Notes: generated by a model not told the origin, from the letters alone. A stretch of 64,000 bases of DNA from Vicinamibacterales bacterium (GCA_965199675.1 CBDATI010000022.1:47896-111895), one strand, 5' to 3'. Numbered from the stretch's first letter, positions 40,138 through 51,189 are shown. Program-made: numbers and translations.

Positions 40138-42818
40138 CTACGGGCCGAGCAGGCTGGCCGGAATCACCGCTATCCCGTCACGGCGGCGATAGGCGTCGGC
40201 GCCGGTGGTGACGATGGCGGCATCGAGCAGTTGCGGACCGATGCGGTCGGCGAGGCGGCGCAGATGCCTGACGTCCCGGTCCGCGACCACGGCGGTCAGC
40301 TTCACCTCGACGGCGACCACCCGCTGGTCGCCCCGCACGACGACGAGGTCGACTTCGAGCTCACCGCCCCAGGTCCGCAGGTGGTTCACGTCGGCTTCCG
40401 CCGCCTGGGCGTAGACCCGCAGGCTCTGGGTGACGAGCGATTCGAAGAGCGCGCCGAGCAGCGTGCCGTTCCGAGGGATGACGGGCGCCGCCGGTCGCGG
40501 CTCGAGCAGGGCGCCGGCGTCCATGCCCAGCAGCCGCGCGGCCAGCGCCGGATCGGCGAGGTGGTGCTTGGGCCCGACGTTCAGCCGTGACAGGTGTCCG
40601 CCGCCGGGCAGCCACGCGAACACCGGGTCGAGAATGCCGAGGCGCTCCAGCGTGTCGCGGTAGGGGCGGGTGGTCGACCGGGCCGGCTTGTCGCCCTCGC
40701 CGGCGGTGGAGGCGTCGCGGATGCGGTCGTGGCTGGCGGTGGTGGCGGTGGCGGCCGCGCAGGCCCGCAGCCAGCGGCGCAGCATGGCGGGGTTGCGGGT
40801 GCGGACGCCCTGTTCGGGCAGCTCGCGGTCGACGATTCGCGAGATGTAGCCGTCGAGCTCCGCCCGCCGGGCACGGCCCGTTCCGCCGTGCATGCCGGGG
40901 AATCCGCCGGCCACGATCTCCTCGACATAGCGGTCCAGGGTGACGTCGGTGTGGCCGGCGATCGCCGGCCGGACGCCGGCAAGCAGATCCGCCAGACTCA
41001 CCGCCGGCGCGTCCACGCCACGCTCCGCGAGCGACAGCGGGCGCATCCTCACCGTGACGATGCGCCCGGCGCCGGAATGCGTGCCCCGGGCGTCGTCCGA
41101 GGCCGATCCGGTGAGGATGAACCGCCCGGGCCGGCGCCCGGCGTCCACCGCCCGCCGGACGAGGTCCCAGGAGGGGGGATAGCGTTGCCACTCGTCGACG
41201 AAGTCGGTTCGCTGAGCGGGGTTCAAGCAGCTTGGGGACGAGCCTGAGCCCCAGGGGGCGACCGCCCATTTGGCAGAGGCCGTTCAGACGCCCCCAGAGG
41301 CCCATGGGGTTCGATCGCCCGAGAATCGCCGAAAGAGCCCGTGCCCGGCCTCCGGGGCGTACCGACGCTCGTCAGGCGGCGCAGCAACAGACCACAGGTT
41401 GCGCCCGCCGCCTGGACCAGCACCCGCTTGCGACATTCTCATGGCCGCGCACCCACACCCGACGCAGACCCCCGGTCTCATACTGGTGAGCGAAAGGCCG
41501 CTCCACCAGCTCGGCAGCGTTGGAGACGACGGCCCCGGTCCCCGCGAATACGCCGACGATTCCCATACAGCGCCGACTGCGCGCACGCTTCTCCGGCGGC
41601 GTCTCACCCGTCTTCGTCCTGCCAGACGCGCCGACCACGCGCCGGCTCCGCGATGTAGCTGCGTACACCAAGGTCGTCGAGCGCCACCAGCGTCGCGTCG
41701 CTGTGATACCCCTTGTCGGCCACCACCTCTTCGACGCCCTCACCGTCTGAACCGCCTCCACCTGCTCCGCCGCCTTCGTCAGCGTCTCCGGCAGCGTCGC
41801 CGTATCACCCTCCGACGCGTCCTGAACCGTCACCGACAGGAGCGCTCCCGTCTCCAGGTCGACACCGTGCTCCGCCTTGTGGGCCAGATGCGTCCCTCGT
41901 CCTTCATCTTCGCGATCTTCGCGTCCGGGTCCTGCGGAGACGTCCACTCTTCATTCGACGTCTTCCGCCCTTCCGCGAACGGTCGAAACGCGCCAACTCC
42001 GCCCGCGTCGGCGTCGCAATGCCAGATGCCTCCGCCAGCCCCCGCACGAACGCGTCGTACGAGTCCCCCGTATCCCGACGCTCGATGCTCCGCATCGCCG
42101 CGTTCGCTTCCAGCGCGTCGCGTCCACCCCGATCGTCTTCCCCTTCGGGGCCAGACCCGCTTCCGGGCGTGAACACCGCCGCGTGCGTCTCGTCGATCAG
42201 AGAGCCGAGTCCGTGACAGCGTCGAGTGGTTCGGCGTCGCCTGTCACGCCCGGCAGGCTCAGCGAATCCGCGACCCGCCTGGACGCAATCGCGCGCTCCG
42301 ATGGACCCTCGAAATACCCGATCTGACCGCCCGGGTCGGACTCCGACCCATCCGGTAGAAGACCGCACACAACCCCTCCACGAAATCCGAACCGATTTCT
42401 CCCCGATTCAGCCGCTCGGCCCCGCCTCTTGGGAAGGGCCGTCACCCACATCGGTGGCGCCGGTCGAGCCCCGGCCCTTGCCCATCGCCATGCGAAGTCT
42501 ACGACACTCCTCAGGAGGGCCCGAATTTGCCCTTTTTCCACGGGGATAGCGTTGCCACTCGTCGATGAGGATGGGCTCGGCCCCGCGCACGAGCCGATCG
42601 GGGTCCGCCTCGACCAGATCGGACGCGCCCGGCCGATCCAGCTCGTGACGGCTAGCCGCCCACTGGCGGGCCGTCTCCGTCTTCCCGACGCCCTTGGGCC
42701 CTTCGACGCTGACCGCGGGGAGGTTCGCCAGCAGCTCGTGCAACTCGGCGTCGACGATCCGCGGCCGGTAGCCCGCTCTCCCGACCCGCCGCGCACGACC
42801 CGCTACACTACCGTTCAT
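40138..42818 (-). pseudogene. AAA+ ATPase/DUF4143 gene interrupted by an IS
   Basis: N-part 42542-42818 (YRPRIVD, GPKGVGKT, ILIDEWQ). C-part 40138-41198 (FILTGS, HSGAGR, GGFP, LFESLV, EVDLV, VEVK). Removing the insert plus one repeat restores a 437-aa frame. Confidence 0.88.
41199..42541 (-). mobile_element. Degenerate insertion sequence (IS1182/IS5-like DDE transposase remnant)
   Basis: Frameshifted fragments IGYFEG..SERAIA..VADSLSL, LEANAAMRSIERRDTG, THLAHKAEHGVDLETGA and ELVERPFAHQYETGGLRR. Flanked by a 24-bp direct repeat at 41175-41198 and 42542-42565. Confidence 0.8.
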
Positions 42819-43581
42819 CGAGCATCTGCAATACAATTCCTGTAGTTGTTACACTACCATTTCTCGGATGGTTGCGCTACTGCTCATCTGAAGTCTCCGC
42901 GCCATCAGGAAGCCGTGGCGGTCCCGCTGTTCGAGCAGGAACCGCTCGGGGCGGCCGGGGAAGAGACAGTCGGGCCGACCTGGTGCTCGACGGGATCGCC
43001 GCCGCCGGGTGCGCGCCCGGAGCAGGGCGCGAATCTCGGCTCCCGGTTCGTCGCGGCGGCAGAGCTGTTATCGTCTCGCCTTCCCGAAGCTGACCGACGT
43101 AGCGCGAGAGGTGGATCTTCGCCCCGTGCATGCAAACAAGAATCATGGCCATGATTCTTGTTGATTTCCGAGTCTGACAAACTCGTCCGCTTTACATCCG
43201 ATCCGCCCCTCGCGGCTCTCGCCGGCGGTTCGCGAAATCCGGTCTCCCCCCAATTATCCCGCCAAATTTCCCCCCATTTTTGGTGGAAAAACGGCGAGCG
43301 GGCGGAGCCCTCCGCCATCGGTCACGACACCGCGTTTTTGCCCGGATTCAGGGCCAAAATTCGCCCTCGACGCCCGTTCGCCCACCCGAAAAAATGGCGG
43401 ACTGATCCAATTCCCCCGTTGCCGATGGAAAAGCGGCTGTCGCGACGGCAGCACATCGTGAAGCTGGGTGCGGGAGATTCAAGTGAGAGGAGCCGTAGCC
43501 GAGGGCTATGCGGGAGGAAGGCGGAGAGGCGAGTGCTTCCGTCGTGGCGGGGCGGGAACGGACTTCAAGGGAGATTGTGAC

Positions 43582-46500
43582 ATGCGCATGGGAGCGATTT
43601 TGACGAGAGGCAGTTGCAGGGCGCTGAAGTGGATGGCGATGGTCGGGGTGGTGTTCGCGCTGGGGAACGGGGCTGAGGCCCAAACCCTGGAAGTGACGTA
43701 CGGCTCTGAGATGGACCACGACTATAACGTCGATCTGGGCCCGATACCCATCACGGTAACCTATACTCGCGATTCGACGAATCCCCTCAGTCCCACACCA
43801 CGCTATTTGACCCTGAACTTGGTTCCCCACGAGAAGAGCCGGGATCTTGGAATGGGGGGTCGTAGCGGCATGACAGAGGACCCCGACGGGACGTTCAAGC
43901 TGGCGACCAGGAGCATGATGCCCAGCGCTGACGGCGACACGTTCACCGCGACCTTCAACGTGGAGGCTGCACGTTCGACCGGCAGGGGGAAAAGACGTGT
44001 CGTTGTTACAGCGGCTGCGCTGGAGGTTCGAGTCGGTGGCTCCCGTATTCCTATACCGGACACGGGTGACGTCAACGGCGTGTCCGCGATCCTGCGCCTC
44101 AAGCTGTCGCCCCTGGATCCGGTGCCTGACATGATCGTCTCCGCAGGCGAAGAAATCACGCCGATAACCCTGCCCGAGGCTCTCGGCGGCCTCGGCATGG
44201 AGACCCAATACAGCACGACCGCCTTGCCCGCGGGCCTGATGTTCGAGGCGGATGATATGAAGGATACTTGGCGTATGCTCACTGGAACGCCGACCATGCC
44301 GATTGACCAGGGCGGCGTATCTGTGACCTATTCCGCGGCAGATGGCACGGGGATGCCTCAATCGGAGACTTTTCGAATCACGGTGCAGTACATGCCGGAC
44401 ATGCCGGATGCGCCTACGGTGACTCCGAACACAACGTCCGGAGACCTGGACGTGTCTTGGGATATGCCGGCCGACAACAACGACCCCATCATCTACTATC
44501 AGGTGCAGCACCGAATGATGGGTGAAACCGCGTGGTCCGTGCCCCCGGTGAACGCCACGATGGGGACCTCATACACCTTCACGGATCTGACCGACGGCGA
44601 GACGTACGAATTTCAGGTGCGCGCCGTGAACAGCCTCGGCATGTCCGATTGGTCCGCTACTGGCTCCGGTATCGACCCGGCGGACCCTCCGGTCGCTCCG
44701 ACACTGAGGGGCCAGATCACCAGGATGGAGATCAAGGGCAATTTTGAGGAGAAGACAATCGGAGGCGACACGCGGATCCACGTGGAAGAGGGTGAATTGG
44801 ATCTCAGCGTGGAGCTGGAAGTTAGTTGGACACACAAGGAGCTCACCGAGCTTCACGCCCAGAACACGAAGTATGTTTTTGTCGACATATATGCAGGATG
44901 GTCGTCGGCCGCTGGCGTAACCTTGCCGGATTGGGTGTCCTGGCTCGACTACGAACAGGACGTGGACTTTCCGGACACGAGATATGGAGGCGGACGCTAT
45001 GCCAGTGGACGCACGTGGGCCCGGATGCGCATAGATCTGCCCCCGGCGCCGAAAACGTCGCCAAACAGCGAGCTTGACCGCGAAGTGAATTCGGGCGAGC
45101 TGGCTATCCGAGTGCTCGAAGACCAGAGTGAAGCGGAAAACGACGCGTTCCTTGTCGGGGTGAGCGGAAGCGAGGACGTCGACGTAAACGTCCGTCGCCC
45201 CGACGATGTGTTGGTAATCATCGAGGACAACGAGGAACAAACGGTCACCGTGAAGAGGGGCAGGTCGTCGGGACCGACGACGGTCTACGAGAACGCGGAG
45301 GAAGTGGAGTTCATCATCGAGGCGGTGCCTCACAGAGAAGACCTCCCGCTCGATGTTCGGCTCAATATGGTGGATCTCCACGGCGCGACCGTGAGTTCGG
45401 CCATGATCTCGGTGAGTGACACGTCGTTGGTCTTGAACGCGCGTGGAGCCGGCGGAGCCAACCCGGACGACAACAAGGAGAACGTCACCGTTCATCTGCC
45501 GGCGTCCGATGGCAACAGGGTGGACGACACGTACCATCTGGAGGCGTCGGTGAGTGAGTACTCGTTGGCGTCGGGCGGTTACCACCTGATTCCGAGTACG
45601 CCTCATGAGCTCAAGGTGCTGGACATCCACAAGCTGCCGCTGCTCGCGGTGGATCCGAGCATGGGCAGCGTCGCGGAAGGCGGGGAGATCGAGCTGAAGC
45701 TGACCCTCGACCGGAATCCGCCGGAGACCATCGCCATCGATCCGGAGACGAGGCGCTACACCTCGGAAGCGGTGGATGTCATGCTGACGATGGGTGCGGG
45801 CACCACGGCCGGCATGGGAGACTACCAGTTGCCGGCGACCGTCGAGTTCCCGAAGCACAACGGCAAATCGCCGTGGACGCAGTCGATGATGGTGAAGGTC
45901 ATGGCCCTCGAGGACGAGGTGCTCGACGACGGCGAGATGCTGGTGCTCGACGCCATGCTCGCCGGCAAGGAGACCAGGAACGGCGCCGAGAAAATGTCCG
46001 TGCCCATGGTGACCGAGCTGACCATCAGCGATCAGACGATGGAGCTGGTGTGGGCGAAGACGCAGGCCGAAGTCGAGGCCGCCGTCTACGACGCGAAGGA
46101 AAAGGGCATGGGCGGCGACATGATGTTCACCCATGGCGAGATGATCGAGATCATGGGCAGCGCCCTCTTCAACGCCGCGCCGAACGTGACGCTGTCGTAC
46201 TCGGTCATGTCGAGTGACGAGCAGGTGGCGTCGACGATGGTCAGCGGCGGCATGGTGTCGGTGATGGCCGAGGCCATGGGGATGGCGGACATCACCATCA
46301 CCGCGCACGCGAGCATGCCGTCGGGCGTGAAGATCGCCGATCAGACGGATCCGCGCGAGGCGAGCATCATGTTCCCGGTCGAGGTGGGCGTCGAAGCGCT
46401 GACCCTGACCCTGACCGGCCCCGAAGACATGAACGTCGTCGAGGGGGGCGGGGGCGCGATGCTCACGGTGACGGCGAACCGTGCGGTCACCGAAGCGGTG

Positions 46501-46821
46501 ACGGTGAACCTGATGCGTGACCGGGCCATGAGCGGCGCCGGGGACGACGACTTCACCGCCGACCCGATTGTCATCCGTGCGGGCCAGATGAGCGGCACGA
46601 CGATGGTGATGGCGGTGGAAGACGGCATGATGGAGAACATGGACAACATGCCGGAAGAGCTGGTGCTCTACGGCATGGCGGAAGGCATGGCGGCTGAGGT
46701 GACGGGCGAAGTGAAGCTCTACCTCTGGGATGCCGCGGTGCCGGCCCTGCCGATCATCGCGCAGCTCCTGCTGGCGGCCTTCCTCGCCGTCGGCGGCTAT
46801 CGGCGGTACCACCGTCGGTAG
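43582..46821 (+). CDS. Large Met-rich surface protein with Ig-like, FN3 and Calx-beta-like domains and an IPTL-CTERM-like anchor
   Basis: Signal peptide; LPAGLMF..LTGTPT; FN3 (LDVSW..YQVQ..LTDGETYEFQVRAVN); C-terminus VPALP + TM + RRYHRR. Confidence 0.82.
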   Translation: MRMGAILTRGSCRALKWMAMVGVVFALGNGAEAQTLEVTYGSEMDHDYNVDLGPIPITVTYTRDSTNPLSPTPRYLTLNLVPHEKSRDLGMGGRSGMTEDPDGTFKLATRSMMPSADGDTFTATFNVEAARSTGRGKRRVVVTAAALEVRVGGSRIPIPDTGDVNGVSAILRLKLSPLDPVPDMIVSAGEEITPITLPEALGGLGMETQYSTTALPAGLMFEADDMKDTWRMLTGTPTMPIDQGGVSVTYSAADGTGMPQSETFRITVQYMPDMPDAPTVTPNTTSGDLDVSWDMPADNNDPIIYYQVQHRMMGETAWSVPPVNATMGTSYTFTDLTDGETYEFQVRAVNSLGMSDWSATGSGIDPADPPVAPTLRGQITRMEIKGNFEEKTIGGDTRIHVEEGELDLSVELEVSWTHKELTELHAQNTKYVFVDIYAGWSSAAGVTLPDWVSWLDYEQDVDFPDTRYGGGRYASGRTWARMRIDLPPAPKTSPNSELDREVNSGELAIRVLEDQSEAENDAFLVGVSGSEDVDVNVRRPDDVLVIIEDNEEQTVTVKRGRSSGPTTVYENAEEVEFIIEAVPHREDLPLDVRLNMVDLHGATVSSAMISVSDTSLVLNARGAGGANPDDNKENVTVHLPASDGNRVDDTYHLEASVSEYSLASGGYHLIPSTPHELKVLDIHKLPLLAVDPSMGSVAEGGEIELKLTLDRNPPETIAIDPETRRYTSEAVDVMLTMGAGTTAGMGDYQLPATVEFPKHNGKSPWTQSMMVKVMALEDEVLDDGEMLVLDAMLAGKETRNGAEKMSVPMVTELTISDQTMELVWAKTQAEVEAAVYDAKEKGMGGDMMFTHGEMIEIMGSALFNAAPNVTLSYSVMSSDEQVASTMVSGGMVSVMAEAMGMADITITAHASMPSGVKIADQTDPREASIMFPVEVGVEALTLTLTGPEDMNVVEGGGGAMLTVTANRAVTEAVTVNLMRDRAMSGAGDDDFTADPIVIRAGQMSGTTMVMAVEDGMMENMDNMPEELVLYGMAEGMAAEVTGEVKLYLWDAAVPALPIIAQLLLAAFLAVGGYRRYHRR

Positions 46822-46849
46822 AATTCGGCGGCGTTCGTAGTCTCCGTTG

Positions 46850-46896
46850 CCCCCTCTTCCTCGGGAATGCTCCCGGGGGAGAGGGGGTTTCTCTTT
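46850..46896 (+). terminator. Intrinsic terminator
   Basis: ccccctcttcctcggga/tcccgggggagaggggg stem followed by tttctcttt. Confidence 0.7.
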
Positions 46897-46899
46897 GCC

Positions 46900-47130
46900 C
46901 GTTTCGACGGCGTCATCATGCGCATCGACGGGCGTCATCATGCGCATCGGCGGCGTCAACACGCGCATCGACGGATCGCTTCAACGGCGTCAACGCCCGC
47001 ATCAGCGAACTCCGCGACGATCTTGCCCGCGTCGATGACCGGCTCCGGGCCGTCGAGATCGCCGTGGGGGAAAGTGGATCAGCGCCTGCTGACCATCGAC
47101 CGCGTCGTGCTGCCCGGAGCCGGGGCTGAC
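46900..47130 (+). pseudogene. Remnant of a heptad-repeat coiled-coil gene (21-nt repeats)
   Basis: gacggcgtca.ca.gcgcatc repeats encode DGV(I/N)xRI. It continues through frameshifts as ELRDDLARVDDRLRAVEI..GKVDQRLLTIDRVVLP. No 5' end. Confidence 0.5.
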
Positions 47131-47361
47131 GCACGCCCGCAAGATTCCCGCGAAGTGCCGAACTCGGGCCCGCGGCCACCCCGCCCTCAGCGCCCGCGCT
47201 GCTCCGTTCCGGAGCTCGCCTCGACCGACTCCCCTTCGCCCGGGTGCCAGTGACACTTGGCGCACGGGTGTCCGGTCGAACGGCTTTGTGAACCGGCCCA
47301 GGGGTGCGCAACTGAAGCACGCTTCGCCTCGTCTGTTGGACGAGGAAGCCGTGCAGGGGGT

Positions 47362-47961
47362 TCAAGGGAACTTGTACGGGTAGCGCGCCGCCAGTGCTTC
47401 CTGGAACCGGCGGAATGCAGACACGTTCTCGAGCGGACTGTAGTCTGCGATGTACTCGGCGACGCTGACGCGACGATCCACGATTGAACGCAGGAATTTT
47501 CTGCCGCGACGGCCCGCGGGCGCCCCAGCCGCGTCGTAGAGGAGTCGGTCCAGGCGATCCTTGGCATCCGGGATGTTCTCAATCTGGCCGATGCCGGGCG
47601 CCGGTACCTGCGCCGACGGTTCGCCGGCCGCCTTGGCGATTGCGGGTCCGTCGAAAAGGAGCCACGACTCTGACATCCGAACAGGTACGACCGGAACGAC
47701 ATCCTGTCGATCCACGGCGTCGAACTCCTGCAGGCGCTCGTCGAGCGTGACGTTCTCGGAATCGCGGTGGACGAAGATCAGCATCGCCCCGGTCCTGTAG
47801 TTCGCCAGGAACTCCGTCACGCTGTGTTTTCGCTTCCGGAACTCCGGTTCGAGGATCTCCACGCCGGGGTCCAAGCGGTGCACCGCCCATTGGATGATCG
47901 GAACGAGAAGCCGATCCGTTCCGCCATCCGCGACCACGGCGTACGCCAACTGTCGGTTCAC
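47362..47961 (-). CDS. DUF4276/TOPRIM-like protein
   Basis: VVADGGTD, FVHRDSE, PVVPVRMSESWLLFD, SAFRRF. GTGA overlap with the ATPase stop. Confidence 0.7.
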   Translation of the reverse strand: MNRQLAYAVVADGGTDRLLVPIIQWAVHRLDPGVEILEPEFRKRKHSVTEFLANYRTGAMLIFVHRDSENVTLDERLQEFDAVDRQDVVPVVPVRMSESWLLFDGPAIAKAAGEPSAQVPAPGIGQIENIPDAKDRLDRLLYDAAGAPAGRRGRKFLRSIVDRRVSVAEYIADYSPLENVSAFRRFQEALAARYPYKFP

Positions 47962-49331
47962 CTGGCGGATCCAAACTCCAGGTTCAGTTGCCCGAACTCG
48001 AGGCTGACGGGCGAGCCGCCGATGAAGTCGGCCACCGCCTGCCGATCCGCGGGCAGCACGCTCGACTCGCTTCCGTTCGGCAGGTTCGTTCGCCACGTGT
48101 CGGCGATCGGCCGGAACACGCTGATGGGCCCGTCGGTACTCGTGAGCGCCCGCTCGACGAAGATCAGATCGTCGCAGGAGAACTGTCGCGCCACTTCGGG
48201 CGAATGGGAGTTGAGCAGGACCTGCCGCAGCGGGTTGTCATCGTCCACTGCGTCGTCCACGTCTACGGCGTAGTCCCGCAACAGATCCGCCAAATGGGGC
48301 ACCCGAGAGGGATGGATTCCGTTCTCGGGTTCCTCGATGCACAGCACGGCGCGATCCTGAACATCCACCAGCATCAGGACCAGGGCGATGTACCGCAGCG
48401 TACCGTCCGAGAGGGAACGGCCGTACAGCCAGTTGTCCACGCCGCGGACGCGGGCGCGCAGAGCGAACTGGTCACGGACGTCGTCCGTGTAGACATCGAG
48501 CTCCGCGATGTCCGAGTTGAGCTGCCGAAGCCGGTAGAGGATCTCGGCGCTTGCATTCGGGTTTTTCCTGACGAGGGCGTGGAGCGTGGCCGGGATGTGA
48601 CCGCCCGAGGCGGAGACGTGGGCGGGCGCCGAGCGGGTGTCCGGCGTCCTCATCGCGCTGGGCTCGAGATGGAGGATGCGCCACGACGACATTTCCCGCT
48701 TCGCAGCCAGGACGGTCGGGTAGTCGGAGGTGTTCGTGCCCCCCACCACGGTCAGGGGAGACCGGCCGACCGGTGTGGGGCGGCCTCGGCTCCCGCCGTC
48801 GCCGTGGAGCTGGATCCTGTTCTCGCTGGTGGAGATGAGCGGTCCTCCCCGACGCCCTCCCGACGCGACCGCCTTCTTGAAGTCGTTGGAGCAACGGAAC
48901 CCGATGAAGCTCTTCGCGTTCTTGAGCTTGGCGTGGGTCAGGCTCTCGTACTGCACCAGCAGCCGGTCAGACTCGGGCGTATAGCGCAACCCCACGGTGT
49001 AGGTCAGCAGGGTCGTGCTCGGTATCGCCGATTCGCCGAAGTCGTCCAGGACCACCGGAGGCGCCACCATGTCCGCCGACAGCTCGATCCTGCGCCTGGG
49101 GTCCCGGCCGAACACGAGGTCGAGTGGCGAATGGCCGCCGTCGCTCGTGCGCCGCACGACGGTGGCCGCGGCCGAGATGTTCTGCTCGGCAAGTGCGCTC
49201 AGGAAGTGGATGGCGTCGAACAGGTTGCTCTTGCCGACGCCGTTGTGGCCGATGAAGCAGGTGAACGGCCCGAAGCGGACGTGCGCTTCGCGGATGCTCT
49301 TGAAGTTCTTGATCGAGAGGGCGACGAGCAT
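47958..49331 (-). CDS. Soluble ABC-type (AAA_21/RecF-like) ATPase
   Basis: IKNFKS, GHNGVGKSN, LSDGT, CIEEPENGIHP, NSHSP. Confidence 0.88.
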   Translation of the reverse strand: MLVALSIKNFKSIREAHVRFGPFTCFIGHNGVGKSNLFDAIHFLSALAEQNISAAATVVRRTSDGGHSPLDLVFGRDPRRRIELSADMVAPPVVLDDFGESAIPSTTLLTYTVGLRYTPESDRLLVQYESLTHAKLKNAKSFIGFRCSNDFKKAVASGGRRGGPLISTSENRIQLHGDGGSRGRPTPVGRSPLTVVGGTNTSDYPTVLAAKREMSSWRILHLEPSAMRTPDTRSAPAHVSASGGHIPATLHALVRKNPNASAEILYRLRQLNSDIAELDVYTDDVRDQFALRARVRGVDNWLYGRSLSDGTLRYIALVLMLVDVQDRAVLCIEEPENGIHPSRVPHLADLLRDYAVDVDDAVDDDNPLRQVLLNSHSPEVARQFSCDDLIFVERALTSTDGPISVFRPIADTWRTNLPNGSESSVLPADRQAVADFIGGSPVSLEFGQLNLEFGSAR

Positions 49332-49416
49332 CGGTGCACAGGGTCTCGGAACGGCCCGGCGATTGTCGCCTCGGCTGGGAGCATCGACCAGCGGGTTCTC
49401 GATGGTCCGCCGCGCC

Positions 49417-50505
49417 TCAATAGAACACGATGGCGAGGACGAAGACGACGATGGCGAGCATGACGAACCACTGCCAGATCTCCTGCTGGTCGTCCGAGGG
49501 GACGAGCTCGAAGGAGATGCTGCGGTGCGAGTCGACGACGTTGCGGAGGAAGGTGGCGGCGTCGACCTGGGGGCTGTCGACGATGACCGAGCGGCCGCCG
49601 GTGCGCTGCTCGACCATGTTGATGCCCTCGAAGCCGAGCTGGGTGCGCAGCCCCGCGAGGTCCTGCTCGAGGGTCTCGTCGTAGTCGATGCCGCGCACGT
49701 AGTCGATGAGCACAGAGTCGACGTTGGCCCCGGTGCGGCTGCCGATGCCGATGGTGTAGATGACGAGGCCGCGACGGCGGAACTCGGCGAGGGCGGTGTC
49801 GAGCCGGCTCATCTGCTCGGCGTCGATGAGGAAGTCGCCGTCGGTGAACAGCAGCAGCACGCGGTCGTTGCGCTCCTCGGGCAGCCAATCGTCGTCGCCC
49901 GACTCGAAGCGGTCCTGGTTGTCGAGCGACAGGTAGATCGACTCGAACGCGGTGGCGATGTCGCTGTCCCACGGGAAGGCGTCGCCGGTGAGGCTCACGG
50001 GCGGGGCGATGCGCCCCACCTCCTCGATGAACCGCTCGGCGTTCGACGCCATGTGGGCCCGGCGCAGGGTGGTGGTGCCCCAGACGTACACGGCGGTGCG
50101 GTCGCCGGGGGTGAGGATGTCCTGGGTGTAGAGGCCCAGCGCCTCGCGGACCGCGAGGTCGAGGCGCGAGGGTCCGAGGTCCTTGACCCACATCGACGCG
50201 GAGGCGTCGATGGCGACCACGACATCGACGTCGCCCCGCCGGAAGGTCTGGCCGCCGTAGACCCAGAACGGCCGGGCGGCGGCGACGGCGACCAGGGCGA
50301 GGGCGATGATGGCGAGGAACCAGAACTTGACGTGGCCGAAGAGCGGGTACTTCGAGCCCTCGGTGCGGGCCGGGCGCAACTGCAGCCGCAGCGCGAAGAC
50401 GAGGAGGCCGAAGACGAGCAGCAGGCCCGCGAGCGGGACGATCGCCAGGTACTCGGGGTTGGCGAACTCGACGCTCTCCCGGAGCAGGCGGCTGATGGTG
50501 TCCAT
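49417..50505 (-). CDS. Membrane vWA protein (MxaL/BatB-like)
   Basis: N-terminal TMs, AARP, MIDAS DASAS, TDGD, IYTIGIG, C-terminal TM. Confidence 0.82.
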   Translation of the reverse strand: MDTISRLLRESVEFANPEYLAIVPLAGLLLVFGLLVFALRLQLRPARTEGSKYPLFGHVKFWFLAIIALALVAVAAARPFWVYGGQTFRRGDVDVVVAIDASASMWVKDLGPSRLDLAVREALGLYTQDILTPGDRTAVYVWGTTTLRRAHMASNAERFIEEVGRIAPPVSLTGDAFPWDSDIATAFESIYLSLDNQDRFESGDDDWLPEERNDRVLLLFTDGDFLIDAEQMSRLDTALAEFRRRGLVIYTIGIGSRTGANVDSVLIDYVRGIDYDETLEQDLAGLRTQLGFEGINMVEQRTGGRSVIVDSPQVDAATFLRNVVDSHRSISFELVPSDDQQEIWQWFVMLAIVVFVLAIVFY

Positions 50506-50523
50506 CGGGTCGTGCGCAGGCGA

Positions 50524-51189
50524 CTACCCGCGGCGGCGGCGCACCGGGGTGCCCTCACCCTTCATCTGCTCGAGCTCGGGCGGCTCGATCTCGCGGGGCG
50601 CCTCGAGGGCGCGCCGCACCGCCTCGGCGTTGCTGGTCAGGTCGTAGTTCCACTTGTAGTCGAAGCGGTCGCCGGGGTCGCCGCGCAGGGCCCGCTCGTA
50701 GTCGGCGTTCACCGTCTCCATCACCTCGAGGATGATGGCCTCGCGCTGCGTCGCGGCGTCGGGGGCCTCGGGGTCGATGGCGCGGTAGCGCTGCCGCGCC
50801 AGCATGAACCTGGCGTTCGCGAGCAGGTGCGACGCCCGCGGATCGTCGATCTCGTCGGCGAGGTCGGCCACCACCGTCTGGTAGTCGCCGGTCAGGTAGT
50901 TGTAGGACGCCTGCTGGAGGAACGAGTCGCGGAACAGGTACGAGTCGGCGAACCACTGCATGCCCCACGCCCGGCTGCCCTGGTAGAACGCCGACACCTC
51001 GGCGAGCTGCGTCTCGGCCGTCTCGAAGTCGCCGCGCTCGACGCTGGCGCTCAGCCCTTCGAGGTTCGTGTAGAACGCGGTCAGGCTGCGCGCCGGTATC
51101 GAGACCCCGGCGAAGAAGAGCAGGGCGAGCACGAAGCCGACGAGATACCGGAACGAGTGCTCCTTGTCGAGCAGGTCTGTCAGTCGCAT
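50524..51189 (-). CDS. Membrane-anchored helical protein (MxaK/BatC-like)
   Basis: One N-terminal TM, LLANARF, YERALR..DYKWNYDL; position between two vWA genes. Confidence 0.65.
   Translation of the reverse strand: MRLTDLLDKEHSFRYLVGFVLALLFFAGVSIPARSLTAFYTNLEGLSASVERGDFETAETQLAEVSAFYQGSRAWGMQWFADSYLFRDSFLQQASYNYLTGDYQTVVADLADEIDDPRASHLLANARFMLARQRYRAIDPEAPDAATQREAIILEVMETVNADYERALRGDPGDRFDYKWNYDLTSNAEAVRRALEAPREIEPPELEQMKGEGTPVRRRRG

Noticed and set aside
42837-43581. ORFs or an ncRNA in the AT-richer gap
   Set aside because: No recognisable motifs; most simply a divergent promoter region.
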